Assembly (NCBI GenBank): GCA_041596615.1
Contig: JBFHIG010000005.1
Location: 1,214 to 65,213, forward strand
Length of the DNA: 64,000 bases
Source of the DNA: Candidatus Moraniibacteriota bacterium
GTDB lineage: Bacteria > Patescibacteriota > Minisyncoccia > Moranbacterales > DUUL01
Direction of reading: 5' to 3'
The notes beneath the pieces were generated by a model, which saw only the letters and a program-made list of their open reading frames with translations, had not been told where the DNA came from and did not search any database. The position numbers and the translations under genes are program-made. Below, in pieces: positions 45,663 to 56,603 of this stretch (within the stretch, counting starts at the first letter, position 1; each line of letters begins with the position of its first letter).

Positions 45663-47054
45663 CTAGACATCATTCACTAATCTTCTTGCCAATTTATCGA
45701 CATCTCCAGCTCCCACGGTCAGGACAATATCGTCAATAGAAACTCTATCTTTCAAATCCTCGAAGGCTTGCTCTAGTGTTGCAATATGGCTTGCTTTTTT
45801 ATGAAAATTTTTAATCTCATCAACCAACTCCTTTGAACTTACCCCTCCTTGCTTCTCTCGAGCGGAGCCATAAATATCCAGTACAATAACTTCATCTGCA
45901 TCGGCAAAGCTTTCTGCAAACTCACCAAACAAAGCTTTTGTTCTAGTGAAGGTATGCGGATGAAAAATACAAATGACATTCTTCGTGGGAAATTTATCTT
46001 TTGCCGCACTCAACGTCGCCCTGATTTCCGTTGGGTGGTGAGCATAATCATCGATCAGAAGTGCGCCATTACGACTCCCTATTTCCTCAAATCTTCTCGC
46101 CACACCTTCGTATGCTTCCACCGCCTTTTTAGCTTTATCACAACTAAAATCTAATTGTTCACAAACAACCAACGCTGCTGTCGCATTTGATTTATTATGC
46201 TTTCCTGGAACATTCATATTTAAATTTGCTGGAACCGAAAAGAATTCCAGATTATCTATTCCGGCATCTTTCATCTCTTTCTCTACTTTGGTAATTTTCT
46301 TATCTCCGTCTAAAAAACCGTACACAATCACTTTGCAATTTGCTTTTTTTGCAACTTCAATAGCATCGGTATTGTCACCACAAACAACTAAGAACCCTTC
46401 TCTGGGAATTTTCTGAATAAATTGCACAAAAACATCCCGATATTCTTTTATCGAGAGAAAATAATCAGGATGATCGAAGTCAATATTCAAAAGAACAACG
46501 CCAAATGGAAAATAGTTGGCAAGTTTATTTTGATATTCATCAGCCTCTATTATCAGAATATCTGATTTTCCAACAGCCACATTAGAATCTAGTTGCTTCA
46601 CTTTTGAACCAATAATTGCTGTCGGGTCAGCACCGCATTCCCTTAGTGCGAGTGTCGTCATCGCAGAAGTAGTTGTTTTTCCATGTGTTCCACAAACGGC
46701 AATTGTTTTTTTTGCTTTAGAAAAAAGACCAAGTACTTCAGGATATGAAAGCATTAATAACCCATTTTCTTCCGCATATTTAACCTCAACATTATTATCT
46801 TTAGTATATACCGTGGAGCGAACGACTAGATCAATTTTCCCGTGCCTTGAGATATTTTTCTCGGCAAAATTCTCTGTATATTCAATTTCCAATTTTTCCA
46901 GCGTTGCATCAGTAAAGAACTTCTCAGCTATATCGCTTCCAAAAACATTCTTTCCGAGCGCATGAAAAATTTCCACAAGGGCAATCATGCCCGATCCTTT
47001 AATGCCGATCATATAGACATTTTTCACTTCATCCAAAACAAGTTGCTTCTTCAT
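45663..47054 (-). CDS. murC: UDP-N-acetylmuramate--L-alanine ligase
   Basis: 463 aa. MIGIKGSGMIALVEIF, GTHGKTTTSAM, DDYAHHPTEI. Confidence 0.88.
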   Translation of the reverse strand: MKKQLVLDEVKNVYMIGIKGSGMIALVEIFHALGKNVFGSDIAEKFFTDATLEKLEIEYTENFAEKNISRHGKIDLVVRSTVYTKDNNVEVKYAEENGLLMLSYPEVLGLFSKAKKTIAVCGTHGKTTTSAMTTLALRECGADPTAIIGSKVKQLDSNVAVGKSDILIIEADEYQNKLANYFPFGVVLLNIDFDHPDYFLSIKEYRDVFVQFIQKIPREGFLVVCGDNTDAIEVAKKANCKVIVYGFLDGDKKITKVEKEMKDAGIDNLEFFSVPANLNMNVPGKHNKSNATAALVVCEQLDFSCDKAKKAVEAYEGVARRFEEIGSRNGALLIDDYAHHPTEIRATLSAAKDKFPTKNVICIFHPHTFTRTKALFGEFAESFADADEVIVLDIYGSAREKQGGVSSKELVDEIKNFHKKASHIATLEQAFEDLKDRVSIDDIVLTVGAGDVDKLARRLVNDV

Positions 47055-47095
47055 AGACTTACCCTAGTTGATTATTTCACTTTTCAAATTCAAAT

Positions 47096-48511
47096 TTAAT
47101 TTTTCCTCTTGTGTAAGAGAGCGGGAATCGTTTTTATAATTATCTGGATATCAAGCCAGAGAGACCAATTTTCGATGTAAAAAGTATCCAATCTAACTTC
47201 ATCGTCAAATTCCAAATCACTTCTACCAGAGATCTGTGCCATACCAGTCACCCCAGGTTTGATTGTTAAGACACGTCGTTGATGATTTTGATATTTATCA
47301 ACTTCGATTGGTTGATGTGGTCTTGGACCAACAAGACTCATTTTCCCCGTAAGAACATTAAAAAATTGTGGTAGCTCATCAAGCGATAATTTTTCCAAAA
47401 TAGCCCCAATTCTAGTTTTTCTCGGATCATTTTTAATTTTATAAATAGGACCCTTCTTAATCGATTGTTTTTTTATAAGTTCATTCAAAAAAATCAATGC
47501 TCTCCTATTATGAGCTGCTGAAAATTGTTTCCCGTGGCAATATTTAGTCTTCATGTAACGAAATTTATAAAGATTAAAATTTCCTTTATGCCCAACTCTT
47601 TCGTTGAAAAAAATAATTGGCCCACCAGATTCAAGCCAAATTGCTAAGGAAATTATCATCATAGGAATTCCAAAAATCAAAATGCCTATCAGTGCACCAG
47701 TAAAATCAACGGCTCTTTTAATAATTTTACCCCAACCATCAAGAGGAGTATTTTTAACCTCAATCATGGGTTCACCCATAAAAACACCCAGATCATAGTT
47801 CGTAGTTTGCAATCTAGTTGGTGTGTACCTAAAAGAAATTCGATTATGAATAGCGAATTCTTTCAAACTTAACAGTTTTGTTTTGGAAGCTTTTGGATCA
47901 CACTGTATAATCTCATCTACACCTTTTAGTTTTTTTATTCTTTCGATTCTTTCTAAATCAATATTTTCAATATGCCCAACCAATTTATATCCCCTATACC
48001 TATTATTGTCTATTTGTCTTTTAATTGATCCACAAACGTCACCAACCCCAATCAACAACAATCTATGCACCCCGATACTTCTTGTAACAAGCAAATATCT
48101 CTGAAAAAACCCCACCATTATTCTGCCGATAGAAACAAAAATAACTGTAAAAAAACCTCCCGCTAAAATAATGAAACGAGAGGAAAAAATTTCTCTATCT
48201 ACAAATATCCCCACTATGATAATCATAAGACCAAGCATTGTGGCACGAAAAACTCGATAAACTTCACGTGAAGTTCTTTTTGTTGCCCTTATATCATAAA
48301 GACCTTCAAAAGCATAAACTATCACAAAGAAGGCTGCTATAAAAGGTAATATCTCAATAAATTGCCTGAGGGAAAACTGGTATTCTATGACTTTTATCCC
48401 TTGTATTGATTCAGAAGTACGCCAAACATATGCCGTAATACCTGCCAAAATAACCATTATATAGTCAATTGGAACTTGCAATGCGCTAAAGAATAATTCA
48501 GATTTTTTCAT
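47096..48511 (-). CDS. polyprenyl-phosphate sugar phosphotransferase (WbaP/exopolysaccharide initiating transferase family)
   Basis: Start placed at M39 (MKKSELFF). The longer ORF would run through the rnpB terminator. LDELPQFFNVLTGKMSLVGPRPH and PGVTGMAQISGR. Confidence 0.85.
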   Translation of the reverse strand: MKKSELFFSALQVPIDYIMVILAGITAYVWRTSESIQGIKVIEYQFSLRQFIEILPFIAAFFVIVYAFEGLYDIRATKRTSREVYRVFRATMLGLMIIIVGIFVDREIFSSRFIILAGGFFTVIFVSIGRIMVGFFQRYLLVTRSIGVHRLLLIGVGDVCGSIKRQIDNNRYRGYKLVGHIENIDLERIERIKKLKGVDEIIQCDPKASKTKLLSLKEFAIHNRISFRYTPTRLQTTNYDLGVFMGEPMIEVKNTPLDGWGKIIKRAVDFTGALIGILIFGIPMMIISLAIWLESGGPIIFFNERVGHKGNFNLYKFRYMKTKYCHGKQFSAAHNRRALIFLNELIKKQSIKKGPIYKIKNDPRKTRIGAILEKLSLDELPQFFNVLTGKMSLVGPRPHQPIEVDKYQNHQRRVLTIKPGVTGMAQISGRSDLEFDDEVRLDTFYIENWSLWLDIQIIIKTIPALLHKRKN

Positions 48512-48623
48512 AAAATATATATACAATTTGTCATCACCAAAAATCACAAAACAACCTCTTGCCACTATCCTTTGACACAAATTCAATGTTCGAATTGTAT
48601 CATTTAAAAACCATTTTTGCAAC

Positions 48624-48651
48624 AAAAAACAGACCTTGTGGTCTGTTTTTT
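48624..48651 (-). terminator. intrinsic terminator after rnpB
   Basis: cagacc-ttgt-ggtctg, flanked by an A-run and a T-run. Confidence 0.7.
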
Positions 48652-49032
48652 ATTTAGTTTCACCAACAAATAAGCTGGATTCTGTTACTCAAAAGAGTTG
48701 CAATCATTTATCTATGTTGAGTGTTTCCAAACAACTTTAGCGGCACTTTCTGATTTCTCAAAACACGGCCTTGCACCAGATAGGGTTTTCCACAACTTGT
48801 TGTCACCAACAAGCGAGCTTTGTAGCAATCATCTTGACGATCACACCAATGCACTTTTCACCTTTCCCTGCCAAAAGCGGGTAGTATTGTCTCTGCGGCA
48901 CTATCCCTTGTCTATCATTACTGATAAAACCGATCGGCATTACCGATTATCCATATCATTAAAATGATGGTGTCCAGACTTTCCTCTTTAAAAATAATTT
49001 TAAAGCGATTGCATTGCAAGCGAAACTACCTT
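48652..49032 (-). ncRNA. rnpB: RNase P RNA, bacterial type A
   Basis: The minus strand reads ...GAGGAAAGTCTGGACACC (P4 5' strand), GGCAGGGAAAGGTGAAAAGTGC, GGTGCAAGGCCGTG, CATAGATAAATGATTGC and ACAGAATCCAGCTTAT (P4 3' strand). These occur in the canonical order. P1 pairs GGTAGTTTCGC with GTGAAACTA. End coordinates are good to about 10 nt. Confidence 0.9.
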
Positions 49033-49070
49033 AAAAATAGCATTTATTTGAGCTTTTGTCAACAAAAGCC

Positions 49071-50132
49071 CTATAGCCCACCACCTAACCTAATTTCTTC
49101 TGAAATTTTCTCCGTTTTCTTTTTGTCTTCGAACTGTTGGCGTTTTTGTAGAACTTCTTCAATTGAATTCGACAATATCCTCAATTCACTCACTCTTGCA
49201 TCAGCAGAAACTCTGTATTTATAATCAAAGTTATTGGCCTCTTCAATTGCTCCTTGAATCCAGTTCCAATCTTCTTTATTTTTAATCATATCCCTAGCTG
49301 CATATGCGCTATCAAGCGCACTTAAAATAGCAGCCTCAGCAGGAGCTAACTCAATGCCTACCTGTGCATATTGGGAGCTCAACTCCTTATCTTGCTTTCT
49401 AAATGATGGCGTCTCGCTTCTAATTGTGACGACTTTTTGCATTCCCTTCGAACTGGCGAGAGTGTACATATCAGCCGCTAATAAAATTTCGGCAACCCGA
49501 TCACCTTCCTTTGGACTTGGATGTTCAATCTGTTGGAGGTTTTTTTCTTTTAATTGTTTATTAACAATCTCTAGAGACTTACTCATAAATCCAGGATGCG
49601 GACCCATATGTGACTTAATTACCCTTTGCAGGTAAATAATATTTTCTTCAAAATTATTCCCCCCTAGTTTATCTCGCAAAATATTCCTGAGTTCTTCGTT
49701 AGAATCAAGCTCTTTAGCAACCGCTTCACCATGATAAACAAGCATAAAATTTTCAATCTCTTGAGCCCACTTTGGCGAAGAATCTCCTTTGCTAAAATCA
49801 TGTAAAATTGCAGCAATTTCTAGTTTCGTCAGGTCCTCCTGACTAAGCCCTCTTTCAATTCCTCGCTCGATACATTTATCCAAAATTTGCCGGTTATGCT
49901 CTTTGAATGATTTTAACTGTTCAAAAGAATTTGAAAGTGTTGAATCTTGCCCCTCATATCTTTTATCAACAAAATTAACCATCTCTGCTAGTTCTTCACT
50001 AACTCGTTTTTTTTCCTTCTTACATTTAGTCAAAAATTCGTCATCAACAAAGACCTCTCTATCTAATAAGGCTTTGTATCCAAAAGATTCTTCCCTTGAA
50101 GAACTTAACATCCTCTCTCTTGTCTCCTCCAT
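49071..50132 (-). CDS. HD-domain protein, function unknown
   Basis: 353 aa. IAAILHDFSKGD and a later H...D pattern. The remainder is helical and unrecognised. Confidence 0.5.
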   Translation of the reverse strand: MEETRERMLSSSREESFGYKALLDREVFVDDEFLTKCKKEKKRVSEELAEMVNFVDKRYEGQDSTLSNSFEQLKSFKEHNRQILDKCIERGIERGLSQEDLTKLEIAAILHDFSKGDSSPKWAQEIENFMLVYHGEAVAKELDSNEELRNILRDKLGGNNFEENIIYLQRVIKSHMGPHPGFMSKSLEIVNKQLKEKNLQQIEHPSPKEGDRVAEILLAADMYTLASSKGMQKVVTIRSETPSFRKQDKELSSQYAQVGIELAPAEAAILSALDSAYAARDMIKNKEDWNWIQGAIEEANNFDYKYRVSADARVSELRILSNSIEEVLQKRQQFEDKKKTEKISEEIRLGGGL

Positions 50133-50212
50133 TAAATTTATTTTTCAAGATTATACCTTGCAATCTCCAGTTTAAATGATATTCCCAATCCTAGAAAAGA
50201 TAGGTATTGTTG

Positions 50213-51085
50213 CTATTTATCTTTTTTTAAAAGTTCGTTTTGGAAGAAATCTTTTATTTCCTGCCCTATATCTTCTCTATCAACGGCATATTTCAAAGAA
50301 GCCTTCATGTAGTTAAGTGGGTCTCCTGTTGTTAACCATTCGCCACGCTCAACTTTTTTAGCAAAGAATTTTCCACCTTCTTTAATGTAGGTTTGAATCG
50401 CATCTGTAATCCAAATCTCATTACCTTTTCCAGGAGGTGTCCTCCTTAAAACATCAATGATATCCTGATTTAGAATCATTCTTCCGAATTGAGCATACCT
50501 TGAGGGGGCAGTTCCAATTTCTGGCTTCTCAACAACATCAATCATTTGCATTGTTCCTTTTTTCAATTTTACGATTCCATAACGATTAACTTGATCGGCT
50601 GGCACTTCTTGAACGCCAATCATAAGATTTCCGTTATTTTCATAATCCTCCACCATTTGCTTCGTAAAAGAAACATCTGATTTCACTAAATCATCTCCCC
50701 AAACAAAAACAAAAGGCTCATTATCAACAAGACTTGCAGCAGACAATACGGGTACTCCGTTTCCATATTGCGGAGCTTGTCTGATATAAATATAATTTGC
50801 CATTCCAGCAATTCTTTTGACTTCTTTCAGATAAGCTTCTTTGCCAGATTTCTCAAGATCATTCTCCAATGCCCAACTGTGATCAAAATGGTCCTCAAGT
50901 GGTTTTTTGTCCCATTTCGTAACCATAATTATGTCCTTAATACCAGCTGCTACCAATTCCTCAACCACAAGTTGAATGATTGGTTTATCCACGATTGGCA
51001 ACATTTCTTTTGGCATAGCTTTGGTGGCTGGTAATAATCTGGTCCCACTTCCAGCAACAGCAATAACAGCTTTTTTGATTTTCAT
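50213..51085 (-). CDS. galU: UTP--glucose-1-phosphate uridylyltransferase
   Basis: 290 aa. KAVIAVAGSGTRLLPATKAMPKEMLPIVDKPIIQ and VEKP. Confidence 0.9.
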   Translation of the reverse strand: MKIKKAVIAVAGSGTRLLPATKAMPKEMLPIVDKPIIQLVVEELVAAGIKDIIMVTKWDKKPLEDHFDHSWALENDLEKSGKEAYLKEVKRIAGMANYIYIRQAPQYGNGVPVLSAASLVDNEPFVFVWGDDLVKSDVSFTKQMVEDYENNGNLMIGVQEVPADQVNRYGIVKLKKGTMQMIDVVEKPEIGTAPSRYAQFGRMILNQDIIDVLRRTPPGKGNEIWITDAIQTYIKEGGKFFAKKVERGEWLTTGDPLNYMKASLKYAVDREDIGQEIKDFFQNELLKKDK

Positions 51086-51138
51086 TTTTAAACAATTATT
51101 TTTTTATAAATATTTTCTATTATATCCCAAAACAAACC

Positions 51139-51936
51139 CTACGCCAATCTTCTTTTGGCGATCATCTTTATCTCCTCATTAAATTCTTCGATTGATTCAT
51201 TGATAATGGGATCAAAATTTCTACTTATTCCTTTTTCTTTGACGATTCTTCCTGCCTCCAATAGCGAGTCAAAAGTTCCCGCATCCAACCAAGCCCCCTC
51301 AAAGGCGCTTACTCCGAGCTCATCCTTTTCAAGATAAAAATTATGCAACTCTGTGATTTCTATCTCCCCCCTTTCGGACGGCTTAGCTTTCTTAGCAGCT
51401 TCACAACAACGGTTGTCATATATGTATAAGCCGGGGATTGCGTAATCACTAATCCATTCTTTTGGCTTTTCTTCAATCTGAAGAGCTTTACCACTTTCAT
51501 CAAATTTTACAACTCCATATCTATCTGGATCTGGAACTTTGGCAGCAAAAATATGCCCACCGGTTTTAAAACTCCTAATCACCTCAGAAAAATCATCTTC
51601 AAAAATGTTGTCCCCTAAGATCATCGTCACGCTTTCATCATCAATAAAATCCTCTCCTAATATAAAAGCATCGGCCAAACCTTTCGGGATTTTCTGCACT
51701 TTAAATTCAATCTTGACCCCTCTCTTTTCAAAAATTGTTCCGAGCAAATTTAAGAATTGTCCAGAATGCTCAGGAGCAACAATAATCAAGATGTCTCTTA
51801 TCCCCGCCTTTATTAATGTGTTGAGCGGATAAAAAATCATTTGCCTGTCATAGACTGGCAAAAGTTGTTTACTTGTTGTAGCTGTTAGTGGAAAAAGTCT
51901 TGTTGCTGTTCCACCTGCAAGAATAATGCCTTTCAT
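51139..51936 (-). CDS. rmlA: glucose-1-phosphate thymidylyltransferase-like nucleotidyltransferase
   Basis: 265 aa. MKGIILAGGTATRLFPLTATTSKQLLPVYDRQMIFYPLNTLIKAGIRDILII and LGDNIF. Confidence 0.8.
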   Translation of the reverse strand: MKGIILAGGTATRLFPLTATTSKQLLPVYDRQMIFYPLNTLIKAGIRDILIIVAPEHSGQFLNLLGTIFEKRGVKIEFKVQKIPKGLADAFILGEDFIDDESVTMILGDNIFEDDFSEVIRSFKTGGHIFAAKVPDPDRYGVVKFDESGKALQIEEKPKEWISDYAIPGLYIYDNRCCEAAKKAKPSERGEIEITELHNFYLEKDELGVSAFEGAWLDAGTFDSLLEAGRIVKEKGISRNFDPIINESIEEFNEEIKMIAKRRLA

Positions 51937-52018
51937 TTATTTATTTTTAATTTAAAAAATCAATAACAATTAAGTTATTCTTCAATTTTAATGTTTTTAT
52001 TTATTTTTATCAACTTTC

Positions 52019-52765
52019 CTATTTGTTTTTGTAATATTCCGAATTGAATAGCAAGAAAACAATCTCGCATTGATTGGCAACGGCCTCCAAAAAGGTTCTC
52101 TCTTCTTGTTGAAATTTCTTATTTTTTGAATTTGGGATAATTATAAAAGCTTTGATATAGAAGTTTTCTACATCAGAAAAAAAAGTAGCAAATTCACCCT
52201 CGTTTTCCTTTTTGCGCCCGGAAAATCTCTCAATCAACTCTTTATTTCCTATTGGAACCTTAATTTCATTATCTTTTCCTCCATTTACTTTTTCAATACG
52301 CTCACTTAAAACTCGTCCGTTTTGCAGATTCACAATTCGTAAAATAGCATATGACTCATCTGTCATCCCACAAACTATTCCTAAAAGCTCTGAGTATACC
52401 TTTGCCAGCTGACTTCTTGTTGAAGGAATTTTCGTTTTTTCAAAAATCGATTTTATCATTGATACTTGAACATTTACTTTACCTAAATACTCTAGCGCAT
52501 TCAGCAATTCTTTTTCTTTTTTCTCTAATTTAGTATTTAATGAAACTGCTTCATTTTCATATTTTTTGATCTGAATATCATAATGACGAAAAACAACAAT
52601 CAAAGCACCCAGCTCAATTGCTAAAAACATACCTTCCACGAACTCTTCGGAAAAGAAAAGGGTCCCATTCTTAATAAAAAATGGGGTCATAATGATAATG
52701 CAAAACAAAACCACAAAGTTCAAAACCAGAACAATTCTAGCTTTCTGTAAGTACGTAAAATACAT
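52019..52765 (-). CDS. hypothetical two-TM membrane protein with coiled-coil and cytoplasmic domain
   Basis: 248 aa. TM helices IVLVLNFVVLFCIIIMTPFF and GMFLAIELGALIVVF. No catalytic motif recognised. Confidence 0.5.
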   Translation of the reverse strand: MYFTYLQKARIVLVLNFVVLFCIIIMTPFFIKNGTLFFSEEFVEGMFLAIELGALIVVFRHYDIQIKKYENEAVSLNTKLEKKEKELLNALEYLGKVNVQVSMIKSIFEKTKIPSTRSQLAKVYSELLGIVCGMTDESYAILRIVNLQNGRVLSERIEKVNGGKDNEIKVPIGNKELIERFSGRKKENEGEFATFFSDVENFYIKAFIIIPNSKNKKFQQEERTFLEAVANQCEIVFLLFNSEYYKNK

Positions 52766-52880
52766 AAATTATTTTTATTCCCTCTTAATCTTGCCGACTT
52801 TTGGCAAGTTCATAATTTTAACAATATTATTATCTCAGGTCAATAAAAAAATGTCAGTAAACATGAACAAAAAAGCACTT

Positions 52881-54119
52881 TTAGTTTTTTGCCCTAAGTA
52901 AGAAGGGTCCGCTAATTTTCTCATCAAATTCAACTTCAAAAAATTCATTTTGCCCTCCATGGGCTGATACAATTTCATCCCCTTTTTTATTTTTTATTTT
53001 TAAAATTTTCACTTTAATAATTTCACTAGGCGTAATTACTTCTATTTGGTCCTTAACGCTTAATTTATTGTGCACAAAAATTTTTCTCGTTTTGCTATTA
53101 TCAAACCCTTCGCAACTTCCTACAAATTCCCAGGAAGCCAAAATGGCTGGCGCATCAAATAGATGGTCAGGTTCTTCTCCTAATAAGAATCCTTTTCCAT
53201 AACCCCTGTTAGCTAATTTTAAAAGCTCTTTTTTCTCCTCCTTGACCGCCTTTTGATATTTAACTTTTCCCTTGTAATAAGCAATTAAAACTTTTCTATA
53301 AGCACGAGAAACGACTCCTACATAAAAAACACTCTTCCCTCTGCCTTCAATTTTCAAAGAATCAATCCCCGCTTCAATCAACTCTCCTACGTGCTCAATT
53401 AAACACATATCATAACTATTAAAAAGATATGTTCCGTGTTGATCTTCTTCTATTTTCATCTTGAATCGTTCTTTGTTATCAACCACCTCCACCTCCTCGG
53501 TTACTTTTTTATATTCCCAACGACAAGGTTGACTACAATCCCCAAGATTAGCACTACGGTTTGTCATCCATTTTGAAAGAATACAGCGCCCGCTGTATGA
53601 CATACACATTGCTCCGTGGACAAAAATTTCCAGCTCCATTTCTGGAACTTCTTTTTTAATCAAGCGAATTTCCTCAAGAGTCACCTCTCTTGCCAGAATA
53701 ATCCTTTCAACTCCTTGTTCTTGCCAAAATTTGACAGCCTCTACATTTGTTACATTGGCCTGAGTTGAGATATGAATTGGCATTTTTGGCAATTCTTTTT
53801 TCACTATTCGCAAAATTCCTGGGTCAGAAATAATAAGTGCGTCTGGGGATATTTTTTTAACAAAATCGAGGTGCTCAGATAATTCATTAATATGCCTATT
53901 ATGCGCATATATATTTAAAGTTACGTAGAATTTTTTCCCCATTTCTCTGCAATATTCTGATGCTTTTAGAATTTCCTTTTCGTCAAACTGGTTAATCCTT
54001 GCTCGTAGAGAAAAATTAGGAATGCCAAAATAAACTGCATCCGCCCCGAATGCAAATGCCGTTTTCATTTTTTCCAAATTTCCAGCCGGTGCTAATACCT
54101 CAGGCTTCTTATTTTTCAT
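52881..54119 (-). CDS. peptidase U32 family protein
   Basis: 412 aa. PEVLAPAGNLEKMKTAFAFGADAVYFG, and ...VHGAMCMSYSGRCILS (the E-x-F-x-H-G-A-x-C motif region). Confidence 0.85.
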   Translation of the reverse strand: MKNKKPEVLAPAGNLEKMKTAFAFGADAVYFGIPNFSLRARINQFDEKEILKASEYCREMGKKFYVTLNIYAHNRHINELSEHLDFVKKISPDALIISDPGILRIVKKELPKMPIHISTQANVTNVEAVKFWQEQGVERIILAREVTLEEIRLIKKEVPEMELEIFVHGAMCMSYSGRCILSKWMTNRSANLGDCSQPCRWEYKKVTEEVEVVDNKERFKMKIEEDQHGTYLFNSYDMCLIEHVGELIEAGIDSLKIEGRGKSVFYVGVVSRAYRKVLIAYYKGKVKYQKAVKEEKKELLKLANRGYGKGFLLGEEPDHLFDAPAILASWEFVGSCEGFDNSKTRKIFVHNKLSVKDQIEVITPSEIIKVKILKIKNKKGDEIVSAHGGQNEFFEVEFDEKISGPFLLRAKN

Positions 54120-54204
54120 TCCTTAAAAGTTTATCGTGTAGAACTCTTTTAACCAAAAAAGAATAGCATTTTTATGAAAATAACTCAAGAGTTGATTCTA
54201 TAAA

Positions 54205-54984
54205 TTAAAATCTCAACTCTTTAACTAGTATAATCAATTCGTTATGCAATTTTTCATTAGCCGCAACCATTGGCATCCCTGGCTTCCAATCTTCACCATT
54301 GTGATTAGTAACTTTACACCCCGCTTCCAAAAGTAAAAGTGCACCGGGTGCAATATCCCAAAGTTTTCTATTAAAACCAACCATCCATTCTCTCTTACCT
54401 TCTGCCACACACATTGCATTAAAACCAGCACAACCAAAAGAATTTACTCCCATACAAACGCCATTTTCATTTCCTTTCTCAATGATACGTTTTCGCAAAT
54501 AAACTTCCTGCTCTTTCACAATAAAGCTCATAATTCCTCTGGAGCTTGTGAGTCGGCTTTTGTTAGAGCATTGAATTTTCTTCCCATTAATAAAGGCTCC
54601 TTCGCCTTTTTTGGCAAAAGCAAATCGATTATGCACAGGATCAAAAATTGCAGAAATTTCAACCTCTTTATCTCTCATCAAGGCAACCATTACAACGAAC
54701 AGTGGGATTCCTGTGGCAAAATTAACTGTTCCGTCAAGTGGATCAATCACCCACGTGTACTCATTCTTGCCATCCTTGCTTTGGGTTTCTTCAGAAAAAA
54801 TTCCATCTTCTGGAAAGTTTTCCCTAATCTTACCAATAATAAAATCGTTGGACTTTAAATCAGCATCCGTAACTATGTCTAGTTTGTCGTGTTTTGTATA
54901 TTGAATGTCTGAATTTTCGAATTTTTCCAAAATAATTTCCCCCGCACTACGAACAATTTGTTTCAAAAGATCCTCTCTTTTCAT
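54205..54984 (-). CDS. inositol monophosphatase family protein
   Basis: 259 aa. FSEET, WVIDPLDGTVNF, WDIAPGALLLLEAG. Confidence 0.85.
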   Translation of the reverse strand: MKREDLLKQIVRSAGEIILEKFENSDIQYTKHDKLDIVTDADLKSNDFIIGKIRENFPEDGIFSEETQSKDGKNEYTWVIDPLDGTVNFATGIPLFVVMVALMRDKEVEISAIFDPVHNRFAFAKKGEGAFINGKKIQCSNKSRLTSSRGIMSFIVKEQEVYLRKRIIEKGNENGVCMGVNSFGCAGFNAMCVAEGKREWMVGFNRKLWDIAPGALLLLEAGCKVTNHNGEDWKPGMPMVAANEKLHNELIILVKELRF

Positions 54985-55092
54985 TTCTTTTACTATTTTA
55001 ATTTTAAATATTTTTTACATATTTTAAGTATACCACGACAAAAAACAAACCTTATCCTTCAATTTAACTGCGTCTTTATCCAAACTATTTCC

Positions 55093-55130
55093 AAAAAAAA
55101 GCGATCAGAGTTCATAAATTCATGAACTCT
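55093..55130 (-). terminator. intrinsic terminator after the 83-aa ORF
   Basis: 9-bp stem agagttcat / atgaactct, 6-nt loop. On the minus strand a run of eight T follows 6 nt after the stem. Confidence 0.55.
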
Positions 55131-55157
55131 GTTCTAAACGCGAGCCCAAAGAGCAGA

Positions 55158-55409
55158 CTATTTACTTATAAACATCTCTAAATATTCACGGACAAGTGCA
55201 TTTCCAAGAAGAGAAGTGTTGATAATCGTAGTAATAACACCGCTCTCTTCTAGTACTTCAGAATCAGGATCTATTCCCGACCAAGCCCTCATTGCATTGA
55301 TGACTTCTTCGCTTAGCTCAGGTGATTCGACTCCCTTTTTCTTTAGCGATTCAGACATATCAACCTCCATTGCTGTTGAATTTTTATGAATGTTGAGTCT
55401 TAGGCCCAC
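55158..55409 (-). CDS. small acidic hypothetical protein
   Basis: 83-aa ORF (alternative start MEVDMSES). It has its own terminator. No recognisable family. Confidence 0.4.
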   Translation of the reverse strand: MGLRLNIHKNSTAMEVDMSESLKKKGVESPELSEEVINAMRAWSGIDPDSEVLEESGVITTIINTSLLGNALVREYLEMFISK

Positions 55410-55504
55410 AAATTGTTTAATTCCAAATTATTATGGCACCTTTGACATTTTTTGCAAGAAAAGCAATGATAATGACAGACATTTTAAATTAAATTTATCA
55501 TTAT

Positions 55505-56566
55505 ATGAAAATCGGAATCGTAGGGCTTCCTAACATCGGAAAATCAACCCTCTTCAAGGCACTTACTAATATCCAAGTAGATATCAATAATTATCCTTTT
55601 TGCACTATCGAACCCAACATTGGAGTTGTTGAAGTTCCTGACAAGCGAATTGAACAACTTTCCAAGCTTTCTGGATCCAAAAAACTACTCTATGCTACTA
55701 TCGAATTCGTTGATATTGCAGGATTGGTAAAAGGGGCTTCCGAAGGCCAAGGATTGGGAAATAAATTTCTACACAACATCAGAGAAGTTGATGCAATTGT
55801 TGAGGTTGTCAGACTCTTTGAAAATGGAAATATCACTCATGTTCATGGCGGAATTGATCCCAAAAGGGATATCGAGGTGATTAATACCGAACTTATTTTA
55901 GCTGATCTAGAAACAACGCAAAAGAGACTCTATTCTCTTGAGAGGCAAGCAAAGAGCAATGACAAAAATGCAATTAAAACAAAGGAAATTGTTTCCAAGC
56001 TAAAAAATATCTTAGACGAAAACAACTTGGAAAAAGTTCAGTTATTCATCGCTGACTTGGGTGAGGACTTCAAGCTTATTTCAGATCTACATCTTTTAAC
56101 TTTCAAACCAATTTTATATGTTTTCAATACCAGCAACCCAGCTAATATTTCCGAGGAAATAAAAAAATATGATCTTAAGGGTATCGAAAATTTCGTTGCA
56201 TTAGACATCAAAACAGAAGAAGAGCTTTTAGAGCTCACAGACGAAGACAAAAAAGAGCTAGAGCTTAAATCTGAACTATCTGAGCTTATTACTAAAAGCT
56301 ATGACATGTTAGGACTTATGACATACTTAACAACCGGGGAAATTGAGACTAGGGCCTGGACGATCCCTAAAAACTCCACTGCTCCCAGAGCAGGTCGCGC
56401 AATTCATGGAGACTTTGAACAAAAATTCATCCGAGCCGAAATAGTCTCCTTCGAAAATTTAATAAAAGCTGGCTCAAAAACAAAGGCAAAGGAAATGGGG
56501 CTTCTTCGCACTGAAGGAAAAGAATACGTTGTAAAAGATGGCGATGTGATTGAATTTTTGATTTAA
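55505..56566 (+). CDS. ychF: ribosome-binding ATPase YchF (Obg-like)
   Basis: 353 aa. [32 protein letters not shown]-terminal TGS-like [30 protein letters not shown]. Confidence 0.92.
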   Translation: MKIGIVGLPNIGKSTLFKALTNIQVDINNYPFCTIEPNIGVVEVPDKRIEQLSKLSGSKKLLYATIEFVDIAGLVKGASEGQGLGNKFLHNIREVDAIVEVVRLFENGNITHVHGGIDPKRDIEVINTELILADLETTQKRLYSLERQAKSNDKNAIKTKEIVSKLKNILDENNLEKVQLFIADLGEDFKLISDLHLLTFKPILYVFNTSNPANISEEIKKYDLKGIENFVALDIKTEEELLELTDEDKKELELKSELSELITKSYDMLGLMTYLTTGEIETRAWTIPKNSTAPRAGRAIHGDFEQKFIRAEIVSFENLIKAGSKTKAKEMGLLRTEGKEYVVKDGDVIEFLI

Positions 56567-56603
56567 TTTCACCCCTCTTTTTTAAGTATATATAAAGATT
56601 CAG

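Noticed and set aside
48698-49224. Two plus-strand ORFs (89 and 86 aa) in the gap between the sugar transferase and the HD-domain gene
   Set aside because: The region encodes a minus-strand RNase P RNA with all canonical conserved blocks. The ORF translations are low-complexity and have no protein-like features.
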